Below are positions 41,408 to 56,600 of a stretch of DNA of 64,000 bases, one piece after another. The position numbers were made by a program, and so were the translations under genes. Location of the stretch: assembly GCF_009914755.1 (NCBI RefSeq), contig NC_060944.1. The stretch is one strand, 5' to 3'. This DNA is from the human T2T-CHM13v2.0 reference genome, Homo sapiens. The notes beneath the pieces are model-generated. The model did not search any database, had not been told where the DNA came from, and saw nothing but the letters and a program-made list of their open reading frames with translations. How positions within the stretch are numbered: the first letter of the stretch is position 1; each line of letters opens with the position of its first letter.

Positions 41408-41702
41408 GGCCAGATGTGATGGCTCTCGCCTGTAATCCCAGCACTTTGGGAGGCCAAGGCGGGGAGGATCTTTGAGCTCAGGAGTTCGAGACCAGCCTGG
41501 GCAACATGGTGAAACCCCATCTCTACAAAAAATAGAAAAATTAGCCAGGCATGGTGGCACATACCTATGATCTCGTCTACATGGGAGGCTGAGGTAGGAG
41601 GATTGCTTGAGCCCAGGAGGTCAAGGCTGCAGTGAGCTATGATCATTCCTCTGTACTACAGCCTGGGCAACAGAGCAAGACCCTGTCTCAAAAAATAAAA
41701 AA
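41408..41702 (+). mobile_element. Alu (AluJ-like)
   Basis: Alu consensus; TSD agaattgtgatt / agaactgtgatt. Confidence 0.92.
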
Positions 41703-44129
41703 GAACTGTGATTCTACTCATTCGACATAGGTGATGAGAAGGTTGGTTTCCCCCTCAGAAGTCAGCAGTGCTTTAGCATGTTTTTAATCAATCCTCAAAG
41801 AACAGAGTCCCCATGAGTGAGGAGGCAGAAGAGTGGCCAGATGAAGAAAGCAGCATTTCATTCCAATGCATTGTGCAGCCCAGGGTCACAGACAGGCTGC
41901 TGGGGATGCTACACGCCTCGCACTGTGTCCCTGCCCCTCTTGCTGCTCCCTAGACCCTGAGGGACAGGGCCCCAAGCGGCCACTGCCATCAGGCCAGAGT
42001 TGACATGCTGGGTGAAACCTGTTTGCCATCCCAGGAAGCCACCGAGAGGTCCCTGAAGAAGATGGCACCTGCTCTGTGTCCAGCCTTGGGCTGGTGACGG
42101 AACAGAGAGTAAGGCAGGCCCTGCCTGCTGGTGCTCACTTGCAGCCTGGCGGGAGAACAATGCATAACTGTAAGCGTCCCCACAGAGAGGGGCAGGAGAG
42201 CGCGACAGGGCCTGTCACAGGATCAGATGGCGGTGCCGTCACTTTGGGTCTAATTCTTCCTTGACTTTTCTGTAACTGTAGTAGCTGGCACATATCGAAT
42301 GCCCAGTGGCATTGTTATCCCCGATTTATGCAAGCTGAGGCTGAGGGCTCAGAGAGGGTAAGTAGCTGCACAAGGCCCTGTGGCCAACAAGCATCAGAAC
42401 GCACATTCTAGCCAGGCCTGTCCGACGGCGCAGTTCACACCCTCTCCCGCTGAGCTCCTCTACCTGGAAGGGTCACACCGTACCGGCTGACGCCGTGCTC
42501 CGATCCTTTCATCTGTTGTGTGGTTTAATGAATTCACAAAAAATAGAGCATGTCCAGGTGTAACTTAGAGAAGCAGACTTCTAGAGCTAAGATCGGTACT
42601 TTAGACATCATCAGTCCTTCACCTTGATTTTCTTTTTCAATTTTAATTTTAACCAGGTAATGCTTGCAAACGGTATAGGAGTTCAAAATTTAACAAAAAG
42701 CGAGGCAGTGAAGAGTCCACCCACTCCTCTCCCATCGCCTAGGACTTCCTGCCCCTGGAGGCAGCTGCTGCCATCTGATTCTCCTCCAGAGTTCTGTCCA
42801 GCATTTTGCCAGCCGTGTTTGGAAGCCCAGGCTACCCACCAGCTCCCAGAGGCCAGCATAGGAAGGAAAGGCCGGGGCGGCTCAGGCACTCCATGGTTGC
42901 CGCACCTTGCCCTGCTTCGCATGTGGCAGCCTCCTGAATTCTGTCCCTTTGCTAAAAGCAAGTTGGAACTCTTCTCTTGACAACTGAGGAAGCGGTCCCC
43001 TTTTCCATTAGTTTTGTGTGCGGAGGGTTAGGGGCAATGTGAGGTGTAGTCCCTTCGGGTGCAGCAGGGGAGTACGGTTCCAGGGCCCGAGGGACCAAGG
43101 AGACAGCGTAAGGAGAAAGCAGCCACCACCACTCCCTGATTTCAACGACCCAAGGCCCCGCAAAGCTTTTCAGGGCGAGGTAGAGCTCCTCATTGCTCAC
43201 CCTGGGCTCTTGGGGCGTGGTCCCAGCTTTCAGGCAGCTCGCTGTCTGCCTAAAAAACCCTCTGACTCACAAAGCAGCATCTCTCCTCTGGGGGAGCTTC
43301 TTGGGCTTCCAGGAAAGGCTGCCCTTGGCCTGTGGCTCCGAACCTGACTTCTTTGCCCACTGAAAGGGCTCAGTCTAAATTTGCCCCTTCAAACAAAGCT
43401 TCTTCATGTTCATCCTCATGTCCATAGCTGAGTGGGACCAGACCATAGCATCCAGAGAGGCAGTATTCCTTTTCCAACCCAAACATGGCAATCGGATTGC
43501 CTTTTAGCAATATTCGCCAGGGTTTCTTCACAGGGGAAATAGGATTCCACCCTCATTTTCCATGGCGGCTTGCTGCTCCGTTTGTGGTGGTCGCACGCCT
43601 GGAATCAGCAGCAGCAAGATGGGCCGTCTCTAATTCACAGAGATTTGCATGCAGGCTGCGTGCCTTCCTTATCTAGGGAGACGCATTGTCAGGGCCGCTG
43701 GAAGGCATCCTTCAGTCACCCCCACGGTAGCACCAGTGCACAGGTGGCATCTTCTGCCATTACTGAGGGCGTCAATTTAGTGTCAACAGGGAGACGAGAC
43801 TCGCTTTCCTAAAGGCAAGGCTTCTTGATTAGATTTCCTTACCCAACAGTAGAGGTAAAAGCAGACCCACATTTTTCAATCTGTCTTGCTCTTTGGCACA
43901 CATGGAAAGTGGCTGGTAGCACAGCGGTGGGCCTTCGTTATCTGTGCTGGGGAAAATGGCAGGCGTTTCTCAGTCACCTTCTTGGTTAGGTAACACGTGC
44001 CCTTGGTGTAAACCTCAGAGGGTGCGTAAGGGCACACAGTGCACGCATCTCCCTGCCAGGTGTGTCTCCTGGCCGCCCAGCACCCCTCCTCAGAAGCCAC
44101 CACGGCTCATGAGCGGAAGTACCCTTTCC

Positions 44130-44630
44130 CTTTCAGAGAGACTCCTATGTGTTTTCAAGTGAATAAAAATATTTTTAACACAAATGGTGGCATCGTGTCC
44201 TGTCGTGCACCTTGCTTCTCATTCCCCGTCACCACACACAGCTGCCCCCACTCCTTTAATAGGCTCACTGCATCGCAGAGCTGTACCATGATGTTGTTAA
44301 TTGTGTTAATGGACATTCAGACTGTTTCCGATCTTTGGCTATTACGATGCTGCAGTGATCATCCTTGTGTAGGGCGTCATTTCACACACGTGTGAGTTTA
44401 AACTCCCAAGGAGCATTGCCAAGTCAAAGACAGTGTGCCTTTTTCATTGTGATATATATTGCCACACTGCCCTTCTTTTGTCAACTGCGTGCACGAGTGT
44501 CCTCTGCCCACACGCACCCTCACCAGCGCGCTGTTAGCTCAGTGCTTCGCCTCGGTGGGTGAACAGTGTGGCCTGCTTGTTGCTTTAATCTGCATTTCTC
44601 CTATAAGTGAGGTCATTTAGTGCGCTAGAA
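44130..44630 (-). mobile_element. Old L1 fragment
   Basis: atggacattcagactgtttcc...gttgctttaatctgcatttctcctataagtgaggt, reverse-strand L1 phrases. Confidence 0.65.
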
Positions 44631-44744
44631 TCGAATTATGCGTGCATCATATTAGCTAATATTCATTGAGCTCTTGACTCATTGAGCTAAGTACTTTCTT
44701 CAGATTAGCTCGTTTAACCCTCGTTCCTGAAGTGTAGGTACTTC

Positions 44745-44848
44745 CTTTTGTTGTTGTTGCCCAGGCTGGTCCCAAACTCCTGGGCTCAAGGAGTCCTCCT
44801 GCCTCAGCCTCCTAAGGTGCTGGGATTGCAGGCGTGAGCACCCAGCCT
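44745..44848 (-). mobile_element. Alu left-arm fragment (FLAM-like)
   Basis: gttgcccaggctggtcccaaactcctgggctcaag...gctgggattgcaggcgtgagc; gtgtaggtactt on both sides. Confidence 0.85.
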
Positions 44849-47650
44849 GACGTGTAGGTACTTGCCTCATCAAGTCCATTTCACAGATGAGGACACCAGA
44901 CTGAGGGGGTCAGTGGTTTAGAGTGACAGCTGGGAATGGAACCCAAGCAGACCCCTGCTCCTAATCTCAGGGCCACCCTGTTTTCCAGCTGGTTGCTAGA
45001 GAGGGCCTGGTGAGGCTGGAGAAGGTGGCGCAGAATACACTGGGAGCAGAAGCCCCAGCAAGGCAGCCCTTCCCCCAACCCCATGACTGAAGCCCGTGCG
45101 GCTCTGCAGAGGCCCAGCGCCCTTCAGCCTGTCCCTGCCACATCTCGGTGCCTGGCTGTCATCCTCACCTGCATGGAGGCCCCAGCCCAGGTTTCCTGGC
45201 TAGGGATGGGCAGTCACACGGATGTGGCCCTGGCTGCTCTCCCATGGGAAAGGGAGGAAATCTGAGAAACATCTGGAAGCCGGGGCTTTCCATCTGCAGC
45301 AGTGAGGAGAGCCACTGTTTGGCACTGCTGCAGTGAGGATTGTTGCCTGTCCCCCCACCCCATCCACCCACCCCTGCCTGCACACAGAGCCCAGGTTCCT
45401 TCTCGTCCAGATCATCCCACCAGTCTGCTCTCCTCACCCCATGTTGTGCCTCCTTCCATACACCTCCCAGGAAGCACTTGCTGAGCATCTACTGTGTGCC
45501 AGGCCCAGGCTGGGTGCTGAGGGGTACACCGAAGTTTGAGATGCGGTTTGAGCTCTCAGCGTAGTCACACAGGGCATCACTGTAGAGTGACAGGGGGCTT
45601 CATAGAGGTGAGCAAAGGCTGTAGGACAGAGGAGGGCCCCATGCCTGGGGGACCACGTACCCTGTGTCTTGAGCAACTTTCACCAGAGTCTTAATGATGG
45701 CCGTGAGCCTCGAAAGCTAGAGGTGGAAAGTCTTTTGAGGCAGAGGGAACTGCCCAGGCAGAGGGCTAGGGCACAATAAGACACAGGGCTCTGGGGACTT
45801 TGGGGCTTTCAGCTGCCTCATTGGAGGCCCCAACTACCTTGACGTTGGCACGGCATGGGGGTTCAATGAGCTCCCGGCCATGGCAGAAGCTGACAGGCTC
45901 TGGGGTTGTGCTGGTCCAGAGTCACAGAGCTTGTTCCCGGACAAGTCCTGTGTCTACTTCCCCTAGGCTCTTTCAGTCCCTGAATGAGGGGGAAGCAGAT
46001 TCCACTGCAGGGTGACAAGCAGGGCCATCCGGGCAGCACCGAGGAGCCGTAGGAAGTCCACAGCCCCTGGGGAGCAGCTGGGGAAAAGCCACCAGGGGAC
46101 TGACTGACAGAGGCCAGGGCTAGAGAAAAGGCTGGAAAAGGCTCCAATCTGCCTGCAGCTCCTGGAGCCTGCTTGAGCCAGCCCCATCCAGGAAACCCCC
46201 AGGAGTGCAGGGGTGGGCACCTGCCCTCAGCCCAGCTGCTGTGAGCCACGAGCATGACCCTCACACTCAGTCTCAGTTCTTCTTCACTCAATGACAGCGA
46301 GTGTCCAGCCTGGGGAGTCCCACGTAGACCAGTACCTGTGGCTGGGTCACGGTACCCAGCCGATCCTCCACCACTCATGGCTCCATCAGTTACTAAACAC
46401 CCCTCATAAGCCACATAGGGGAACAAAACAGACGTTGTCCCTGGCCTCCGGGAGCGTGCATCCTCAAGCGACAGACCAAAAGACAAACATGCAAACAGTT
46501 ACATCAAGTGACAACTGAGTGTTATGAAGGAGCAACCAAGGTGCAGCGGGATGCAACAAGGAACGGGGGACCTCAGGCTGAGTGGCCTGGAAAGCCCTCT
46601 TTGATGAGGGCCTTAGAGCTTGAGCTAATCTCCGAATGACGTCAAGGAGTCAGGCAGCCAAAGAGCCGGGGAATGAGGGGGCCTATGCAGAGGCACAAGT
46701 GCAAAGGTCCTGAGCTGAGGCAGAGCATCGTCCTCTAGAAAAGAGTCCAAAGAGGCCACTGTGGCTGGACCCAAGAGTGAGGCAGAGGACGGATCTTACA
46801 GGGCCTTGAGGGCTTCAGGGGAGTTTTGAGCCTGGAAGGGACATGATTTGATTTTGGAAAGATGCCTGTGGCTGCTCTATAGAGGACACTGTGGAGACCA
46901 GCGTGGAAGCAGAGATCCAAGAAGTGTCTGGTGCACGCTGGACCAGGAGGAGACAGACACTGGTTCTTCAGACCAGGAATGGGCATGGGTTGGAGATAGG
47001 GGATTTGGGATGTATTGAGGCAGAGCCAACCAGTCACTGCAGAGAGGGGCCCCTGGCTGGCCCTGGGAGCCTTCCCCCAGCACAGAGGGCTGGGAGCAAC
47101 TTCACTGGCCCCGCAGGAGTGGGGTGGAGCCAGCAGAGAGAGCTGCTCAGTATATAAATATCTTTAATGAATAAATAGAAGTGCTTTTAGGGCTGGCGGA
47201 GTCGTATCATTTCCACCTGCCGTAAAATTTCATTAGAAGCAGGCGCTGCAGGGGAGAGGAATGGCTGCAATAAATCTGCCCGCCCACCCTCAGCCCTGCC
47301 TCCACTCTGAGTCGGCTCAGCCCCACTCGCTGGAGAGTCCAGACCCAGACCCTTCTCCCCAGGCCTTCCTGGGGCCCAGGAGAGCCTGGGCCTTCCCTGC
47401 CCCACTCCCACATTGAACAGGCAAGAGGCGGCAGAGAGCTGTGGCTTGTCACTGAAAACCAGGGGCCTCACTCCCCTCAGCTGGGAAATGGGCATGACAG
47501 TTTCTGCCCCCACCTAATGCAGATGAGTTTCAGGGGAAGCAGTGTTCAACACAGGGATTCCTGGAACAGCAGAGCTGGGGCAAAGCATACCTTGCAGGTA
47601 TCCAGTTTTACAAATGAGCAGAGGCCCCAAGAGAGTAGATGACTGTCCTC

Positions 47651-47997
<347 letters not shown>

Positions 47998-48325
47998 TCA
48001 GAAACTACCAAAGTGACAGCTCCAGTCTTTAGCATTAATCAAATGCTTGGCTCTATACTAAGCATTTGGCATGCACCATCTCACTGAGTCTTATTACTAG
48101 CCCATTTTGCAGATAAGAACACTGAGGCTCAGAGAGAACTAGGACCCACACCTTCCCATCAGTTAGTGACAGACACAGATGAGTATTCAGGTCTCTGCCC
48201 TGCCACAGAAGCCTTTTTCTGTTTTTTTCAAGTATGGCGGGGCTGGGATTATGTTTTCCTGGACATACAAATTGTCAAAGTGAGAGTCTTTGGAAGGACT
48301 TGGGGTAGAAAGTTCACTGAGTGCT

Positions 48326-48716
<391 letters not shown>

Positions 48717-51700
48717 TCACTTCCATCTTACGGATAAGAAAAGGAAGCGCAGAGAAATCAAGGGATTTGCCCAAGGTCGCACAGCTTTGCCTCTGACCTT
48801 GGCCATGGCTGTCAGCACTCAGAAGAATTGGAGACCCATAGACCCCTCCCTCGGCCCCATGGCTACCTCCCCCAGCCCATGAGTGTGAGGCCAGGAACAC
48901 TGGCCAAATGGACAGGCCCAGCTGGCAACATGCCAGGGCCCATGGTTATCACTTAAGCTCATTAAGCAGCCGTGACAGGACGTGGCCTGGGCCAGCTGTC
49001 TTTCCTCCCCACCCCACTCCAGCCCTCCTGGGAATAGGACCTGATGACAGGCACTGGCTTTCAGCAGCTGCAAGCAGAAGTCTCTCTGTCATGGGGGAAG
49101 ATCCAAAGATACACGGACCGAACTTCCCCAGGCTGGCCTCTGGGCCCCACCTGCTGCCTGACCTCCTCCGGGCTGGGCACGTGGACCCGTGTGGTGAGTG
49201 AGCACAGGACGTGGACGCTGGAGCCAGGCTGCCTGGGCTCAAATCCCAGCCCTGCTGCTCCCCAGCTGTGTGAGTTGCTTCACTCCCTGAGCCTCAGTCT
49301 CCTCATCTGTGATATGGGGGGACCCCTCGCTTTGGAGACCTGCCACAAGCTGATGCACGCAAAGAGCTTGATCAACTATAAAGTGCTGATCCAGGCTCAT
49401 GTCGTCATTACTGATATTCCTGAAATACCGTAAGATGAGACTAGACTGTTCCCCACTGGACTACAACGTGATTCGTCATTACTTATACCAGAACAACTGA
49501 ACAAACCTGTAAAACATCAATCATCAGCAACCACCCAAGGCAAAGTCCCTTAGGAGCAAAGAGTGAGCAGTATGCCTATATACACAACAAGTGCTCTTTA
49601 AACCAAAGTGCTGTGGGCCTGAGCCGCTAGTGGATTCCAGCCACGGCTTCCAGCCCCCATGGATGCTCCCTCATCTGTCGGCTCACAAGGCCACCCACCT
49701 CCGTTTCTACTCCCCGGCCCCGCTACTTCCCATTTCTCCTTGGCCAATTCTGTTCCTTGCTCAGGACTAGCTCTGGGCTGGATGCAGCCCTCTCTGGGAA
49801 ACAGGAGCACAAGTCCTGCCCTGGCGAGGGAGACAGATGCAGACACAACCCGCCATCAGCCAGGTCATGATGAGTACAGGCCCTGCTGCCTGAGGACGGG
49901 GCTGGTTTTCATCCGTTTCTGCACTTGGTGCCCAGCACAGGGCATGCCACCCTGGAGGTGTGCCTCCAACACGCCTGCAGCAGGTCGCTTCTGAGCACTT
50001 AGCATGTGAGCCGGCCCTGGGCAGGGCTATGGGGATTTCACAGCAAACGAGGCAGAACGCTCCCAGCCCTGCTGCCTTTGAGGAGCAGGAGACCCAGAGT
50101 AAACAGGCAGGCAGACACACAGCCAGGCAGCTTGAAAATAACAGAGTGACTGGAAGGGAGGGTGGCCACTCGGGCTGGACAGTCAGGGAAGGTCCTCGAA
50201 GGAGACGATGTCAGATTGAGAGTGGACTGACGCACGCACCAGCCGCCGGGGGAAGCTGGGAATAATATTCTAGGCAGAGGAAATAGTGAGGCAAAGCCTC
50301 GAGTGTGCCTCACATATTCCAGGAGCAGCCAGATGGGTGTGTGAGTGAGGGGAAGACGAGGGGGCTCAAAGCAGAGGTGGGATCCTTGAGACAGCTCAGT
50401 CACCTCACCTGGCCAGAGATGAAGGCCACTCCTGAATTCATTCACCCACCTCTCCCATCAGCCTTTCGTCTAGCCATTCATCCATCCAGCATGTACTGGT
50501 CCCCTCTCGGGGCAGCTCCTCCCTGGTTTGGAGGATTTGAGAGTGACTGAACTGACCCCTGCTCTCTGGAGCAGCTCATGGTCTCATGGGAGAGACCTTC
50601 ATGCTAAGAGACGATCCCAACCCAGTGACGAGCACACGCAACCGGGGACACAGAGTCAGGAGGGAGGAAGAGCGGGAGGTGAGAGGACGGAGGGGTCAGC
50701 GCAGCCCGGCTCCACCTCGGGACAGTGGGTCTGCAATGTCATCCTCCCAGACAAAGGACAGTACATTATTAGTGTTATTAATTATCATTAATCTATTTAA
50801 ATGGTAATTACAATTAAGAACACAGTGACAAAAATGGCACCTTGGATTTAAATGCCTCTTCTCTGGCACCGGAGTGAGTGATTTTTTCCTGAGCTCAGCC
50901 CCACACCCTGTCACAGCACAGCACATTTAGCAGGTGCTCGGCCAACCTTTAAGTTCAAATTCACAGCTCAGGCATCACAAGGCCCAACTCCCCTGTCTTA
51001 CAGATGGGCAAACTGAGGCCCCAGAAGGGGAAGGGACAGGAACCAGGTCACCCGCAAGTCTATGGTGAAGGTGGAGTGAAGCCAAGAAACCCGATTCCCA
51101 AATGCCTCCCAACTCACTCCATCTCTAGCTGCCTTTATTTTTTTCCAGGAAAAAACAGCTGTCAGAGGCAGCCACCCTGTTACCGATTAAACAAGGCAAA
51201 TTCTATCGGAACAGAATCGGAGGCACTCCGGACACCTAATTACACAGTCTGGAAGAGAAACACAGGCAGGGAAATAGAAATATGAACAAACAGCACCGCC
51301 AGACAACGGGGCGCCCTCCCCACCACCAGAGCTGCCACCCCTCCCCCTCAAGCCTCTGCGACAAGATGTGTCTCCCAGTCCTCAAATAAGATCCCCGCTC
51401 CCCAGGTGGAGGCTCACACACAGACCTCCCCTCTTCCCCACAGCACTGATCCAGGGCTCCCAGAGATGAATGGGGAGGCGTGGAAGTCATTTCAGGTGTC
51501 ATTTCAGGTTGACAGCCAGGGCAGCCCAGCTGGGGCCCAGCGAGATTGGGCAGAGCTGGGCTTGAGCCCACACCTGCTGACCCTGGAGACGGGGCTCTGC
51601 CTGGGGTGCCTCCTGTGGGTGCTGCCTCTCTTCTGGCCAGCACACCTGGAGGTCTGTCCCCAGGAGGGTTAGTCCCATCCAGTAGCATCACGGGCAGGAA

Positions 51701-52006
51701 GCTGGACTTGGCTGTCCCTGCCTGCTGCGAGATTCTGCTATTGTATCTCAGGAGGATGCAAGCAGGTGAGGGCAGAGGCCCTGTCTGATTCCATTTCCGT
51801 GTTCCCCACATTGGCCGGCACCAGGGCAGACAGGAAGGAATGTGCCAGTAATGACGCTGGGCTCTAGGGAGACAGAAATGAGCAAAACAGACAAAGATCT
51901 CTGCTTTCAAAGAACTCATGAAGAGGAGATGGACACTAAACAACCTAACCAACCAACCAAAGGGAGGGAATCCAATGATACGATTTCTGATAGGAATAAA
52001 TGGTGG

Positions 52007-52310
<304 letters not shown>

Positions 52311-52318
52311 TGATAGGA

Positions 52319-52631
<313 letters not shown>

Positions 52632-53324
52632 TGATAGGAAGCAAATGCACAAGCTAATGAGATCGAGCAAATTGGAGTGTGGGTGTAGGAAGGTCTGTGC
52701 AAGGCCAGATGGTCCTGGAAGACCTCTCTGAGGAGGCGAGGTGTGAGCTGAGACCTGAACGGTGAGTGGGAACAGCTGTGGGAGGAGCTGGAGGAATGTT
52801 CCAGAAACAGGGAAGAGTGTGTGCAAACCAAATAAGCCAGTGGACGGATGTATCAGCCAGCGAGTAGATAGATGGAAATGCGGGCAGAAGGGGTCTCCTT
52901 CAAAGACAGGCCAGGGCCACAGCCAAGTCGGCAGGTCTTGCCCCCCTCTGCCGGGGTCCTTCACCTTGATGGGCCACAGGCCCCTCTGAGGGTCCCCAGC
53001 GTTGGGGGTGTCCTCCCTCCAGTCCCTCCACGAGTGACCTCCTCCGAGGTGCCCATTCCCTCCTCCTGGTGTTATTAGTGCACCATGAATAATCTTTATC
53101 CTCCTTCCTCCATGCTTTTTCCCTTCTTACCACCTCCTGACTCCCTGCTCACAGGCCGAGGCCTGAGAAAAAAGTCCATGGGCTTTCTGAGCCCGGGTTC
53201 CCTCTCTCTGAATGGAGAACGTGCCCGCCACGCCTGCTAGGTTCTGCCTCTTCTGGGCCGTGGGCTCTGACTCCAGCCTTCCTGTGTGTGACCTGCAACA
53301 AGTGGTCACTCTCCCTGAGCCTCT

Positions 53325-53631
53325 GTTTGTTTTTGTTTTTGTTTTTTTGAGATGGAGTCTCACTCTGTCACCCAGTCTGGAATGCAATGGTGTGATCTCA
53401 GCTCACTGCAACCTCTGCCTTCTGGGTTCAAGCAATTCAACTGCCTCTCAGCCTCCCAAGTAGCTGGGATTACAGGCACGCACCACCACACCCGGCTAAT
53501 TTTTTATTTTTAGTAGAGACGGGCTTTCACCATGCTGGCCAGGCTGGTCTCAAACTCCTGACCTCAGGTGATCTGCCCACCCCGGCCTCCCAAAGTGCTG
53601 GGATTACAGGCATGAGCCACCCGGCTTGGCC
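53325..53631 (-). mobile_element. Alu (AluS-like) inserted in a MIR
   Basis: TSD cctgagcctctgttt on both sides. Confidence 0.92.
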
Positions 53632-56600
53632 CTGAGCCTCTGTTTCTGCACCTGAGAGGAAGAGAGCAACTACGCCCCCCACCCCATGCTGCTTCCCAGG
53701 CATTGGCTCACAATTCTCACAACTCCCTGCCGATGGGGGCATTACCTGGACCACCCTTCACAGATGCGGAGACCAGGCCTAGGAGGGACACTGTGGCTTG
53801 ACCAAGGTCACATGTCCAGCAAGCGGTGCAGTGGGATTAAAAACAACTCAGGCTTTCGCTGGGTTAGACACTAGGGCTATTTCAACAAGAGTTTCCCAAT
53901 TCTGGTCCCTGTCTTCTGGTTATGTAAGAGCATGTCTTTGTTGTAGAAAATACACAGTAAAATATTCAGGGATGAGAATGTATCACGAACTGTACCTGCA
54001 ACTTTTCTATAGGTTTGAGATTCATTGGAAATTAAAAAAAATTAAAACATCCAAAATATAAAAGTAAACAAGGACCAGCGCTCCGTCCATGCCGGGTCAG
54101 TGCCCAGGCCAGGCACGGAGCTGGCCGGGCTGCCGATGGACACACGTTTTGTATTCACTGGCTCCTGAGGGGCGGGTGATGTGATTTTACTCCTCACTTT
54201 GCCAACGAGGAAACAAAAGCTTAGAGTCGTTCAGCCATTTTCCGAGTCCACACAGCCAGCGAGAGACAGGATGCGTGTTCCTGAGGAGCTTTCCCTAGAG
54301 AGGTGGGAGGGTCAGGAGAGAAAAAAACACGAAACGAGCTGCGGAGGGCTGGGGCCGGCGACTTGGCGCTTCGGGGCTGGGCAGGGGAGGCCTCTGGGCT
54401 GGGAGGCGGGATGGAGATGCTGGCTGCCAGGCTGCCACGGGCCAGGGCACTGAGCCACGTGAACCCTCTCCCCTGCCCTGCAGTGCCCTCAGCCCTCACT
54501 GGGAAGGGAGGGGAGCAGAGCCCCGTGGCTCCCACCCCGGTCAAGGGCTGATTGATCCTCCATGGTCCCCGGAGCTGGTCCCCTCGTCCGTACCTTGGGC
54601 TGCTGCGTGTTTTCTTGTCTCTGATTGTAAACAGATTTGACTAAAGAGGTAAATTAGAAGTTAATTAGAGAGAACATGATTGATGAGGCAGTTTGCCGTG
54701 ATTGGGAGGCGTGGAAAGGATGGGGCTCCCCCCGGGTGGAGGCGAGGGATGAGGAAGAGAGGGGGTAGAATTCATAGGCCTGTGGATCTGCAGGGGTGCC
54801 CAGCACCTTAAGGGGCCAACTCAAGGCTGCCCTTTCTTCTGGACTCCATGGTCAAGGCCAGGCCCCCAGGTACGAAGCCCCAAGTGGGGCACTCATGAAA
54901 CCCCATAATTAGCGACCAGGCCCCTGCTAGACTCTGGGGACAAAGCATCAACCTGTCCCTGATATGGCCAGAATGTTCATCTTAGAGCTGCAGGCTGGGC
55001 CGGGGAAGGCGCTGGTGCTTATTAAACATTGATGCTGCTCCAGGCCCCGTGCATGTTCCCAAAACCCTGCAAGGCTGATGCTGTATCACCATTTTTCAGA
55101 TTAGGTAATCAAGATTCAGAAAGCTGAACCAGCTTACCAAGGTCACACAGCTAACAGGAACAGAGAGACTGACCTCTAGAGCAGAGCCTCTGCCTTTCTG
55201 AGTTCCAGGCTGTGTGCCAGGTCACGTGGTCCAACCTCAGGAGCCCTCTCAACAGCACCCCTGCTTACATACCTCCAGCAGTGGTGAGCTCACTTCTGCC
55301 CAAAGAGGCAGGATAGCTCATTATGGGAGCTTTGTCCTTGTGTGGACCTGGTCTAACTCCCTCCAGAGCCACCTCCAGGGCCCCTGCTTTGCCACTCCCC
55401 TACCTCCCTCACATGTCAGAACACAGACCTCCAGGGTGAGGAGGAGCCTCAGAGGTCATCCTACCCAACTCTCTCATTCTCCTGGGGAAACTGAGGCTGA
55501 GAGGGATACAAAACACCAGAGGGACACAGCGTGCTGGTGTCACTAATGGGTGGGCCTTCCCTGTGTCTGGAGTGCAGGCATCAGCCTCACTGTGCATCAC
55601 TTCTCTCCCAGGCTGAAGTTGCTGCTCTCCATTCACTCATCCATTGCTTCCCTCCATTCATTCTGCAAGATTTACTGAGACCCGACTGTGCACTAGGGCT
55701 GGAGAGGACAGAAAGAGAAAAGCAGAAGGACCCCTTGCAGTGCTCACAGCTCAGTCAGGGGCGGGCAGGCACGATGGCCAGGCCTGCCAAGAAGGAGGCC
55801 AAGGGGAAGGAGGCCAAGGGTTAAGAGACCTGTGAGAGGGAGAGACAGCCCCTCCAGGAAGCAGCACTGAAGCCAACTCTGGAGGAGATGCGAGGGTGTT
55901 CTTAGCAGAGGGAACTGTGGTGGGAGGGAGGATGGAACATTCTAGAACTGCCAGAAGACCAAGTAGCTGGAAGAGAGCGTGAGGGGGAGCTGGTGGGAGG
56001 TGAGGTCACAGGAGGAAGCCCAGATCGTCATGGAAGAAGTTGTTTGGATTTTATTCTACGCCATGGGAGAGAGTCATTGAGAATTTGCAGCAAGGGAGGG
56101 TGGTCGGTTTTGCATCTGTGGAAGAAGACCCTCTGGCTTTGGGAGCAGAACAGACCACGGGGTGTGGGTTCCCATGCAGAGGGCAGGCAGGAGGTTCCTG
56201 CGGTTGCTGAGAGACACGGGGCTGCGCCCCAAGAAGTGCACAGATGAGAAAGAAGTTCCGGGTTCAATGGGCAGGGCTTGGAGGGATTAGATCTGGGGAT
56301 GTGGGTGGGTGATGGATGGGGGTGCCCCTCGTGAGATGGGAAAGGTCAGGAATTTGGTTGGGGGCATGTCAGGAGAGGATGTGCGATAGACAGGGTGGTG
56401 CATTGGTCAGGGCTAAGAGTGGGACATAGCCTTGTGCTTCACTGTGGCCCCAGCTGCTGATGCGCTCACCCAGGTGAACGTGCCTGGTCTGCGGGCCCCT
56501 CCCAGCCTGGTGCCACCTTCCCAGGTCAGTGCAGCAGTGTCCCTCTTAAATGGGGAGACAGAAGACAGTGGAGCAGAAGAGACAGCTCCCCTGTTCCAGG

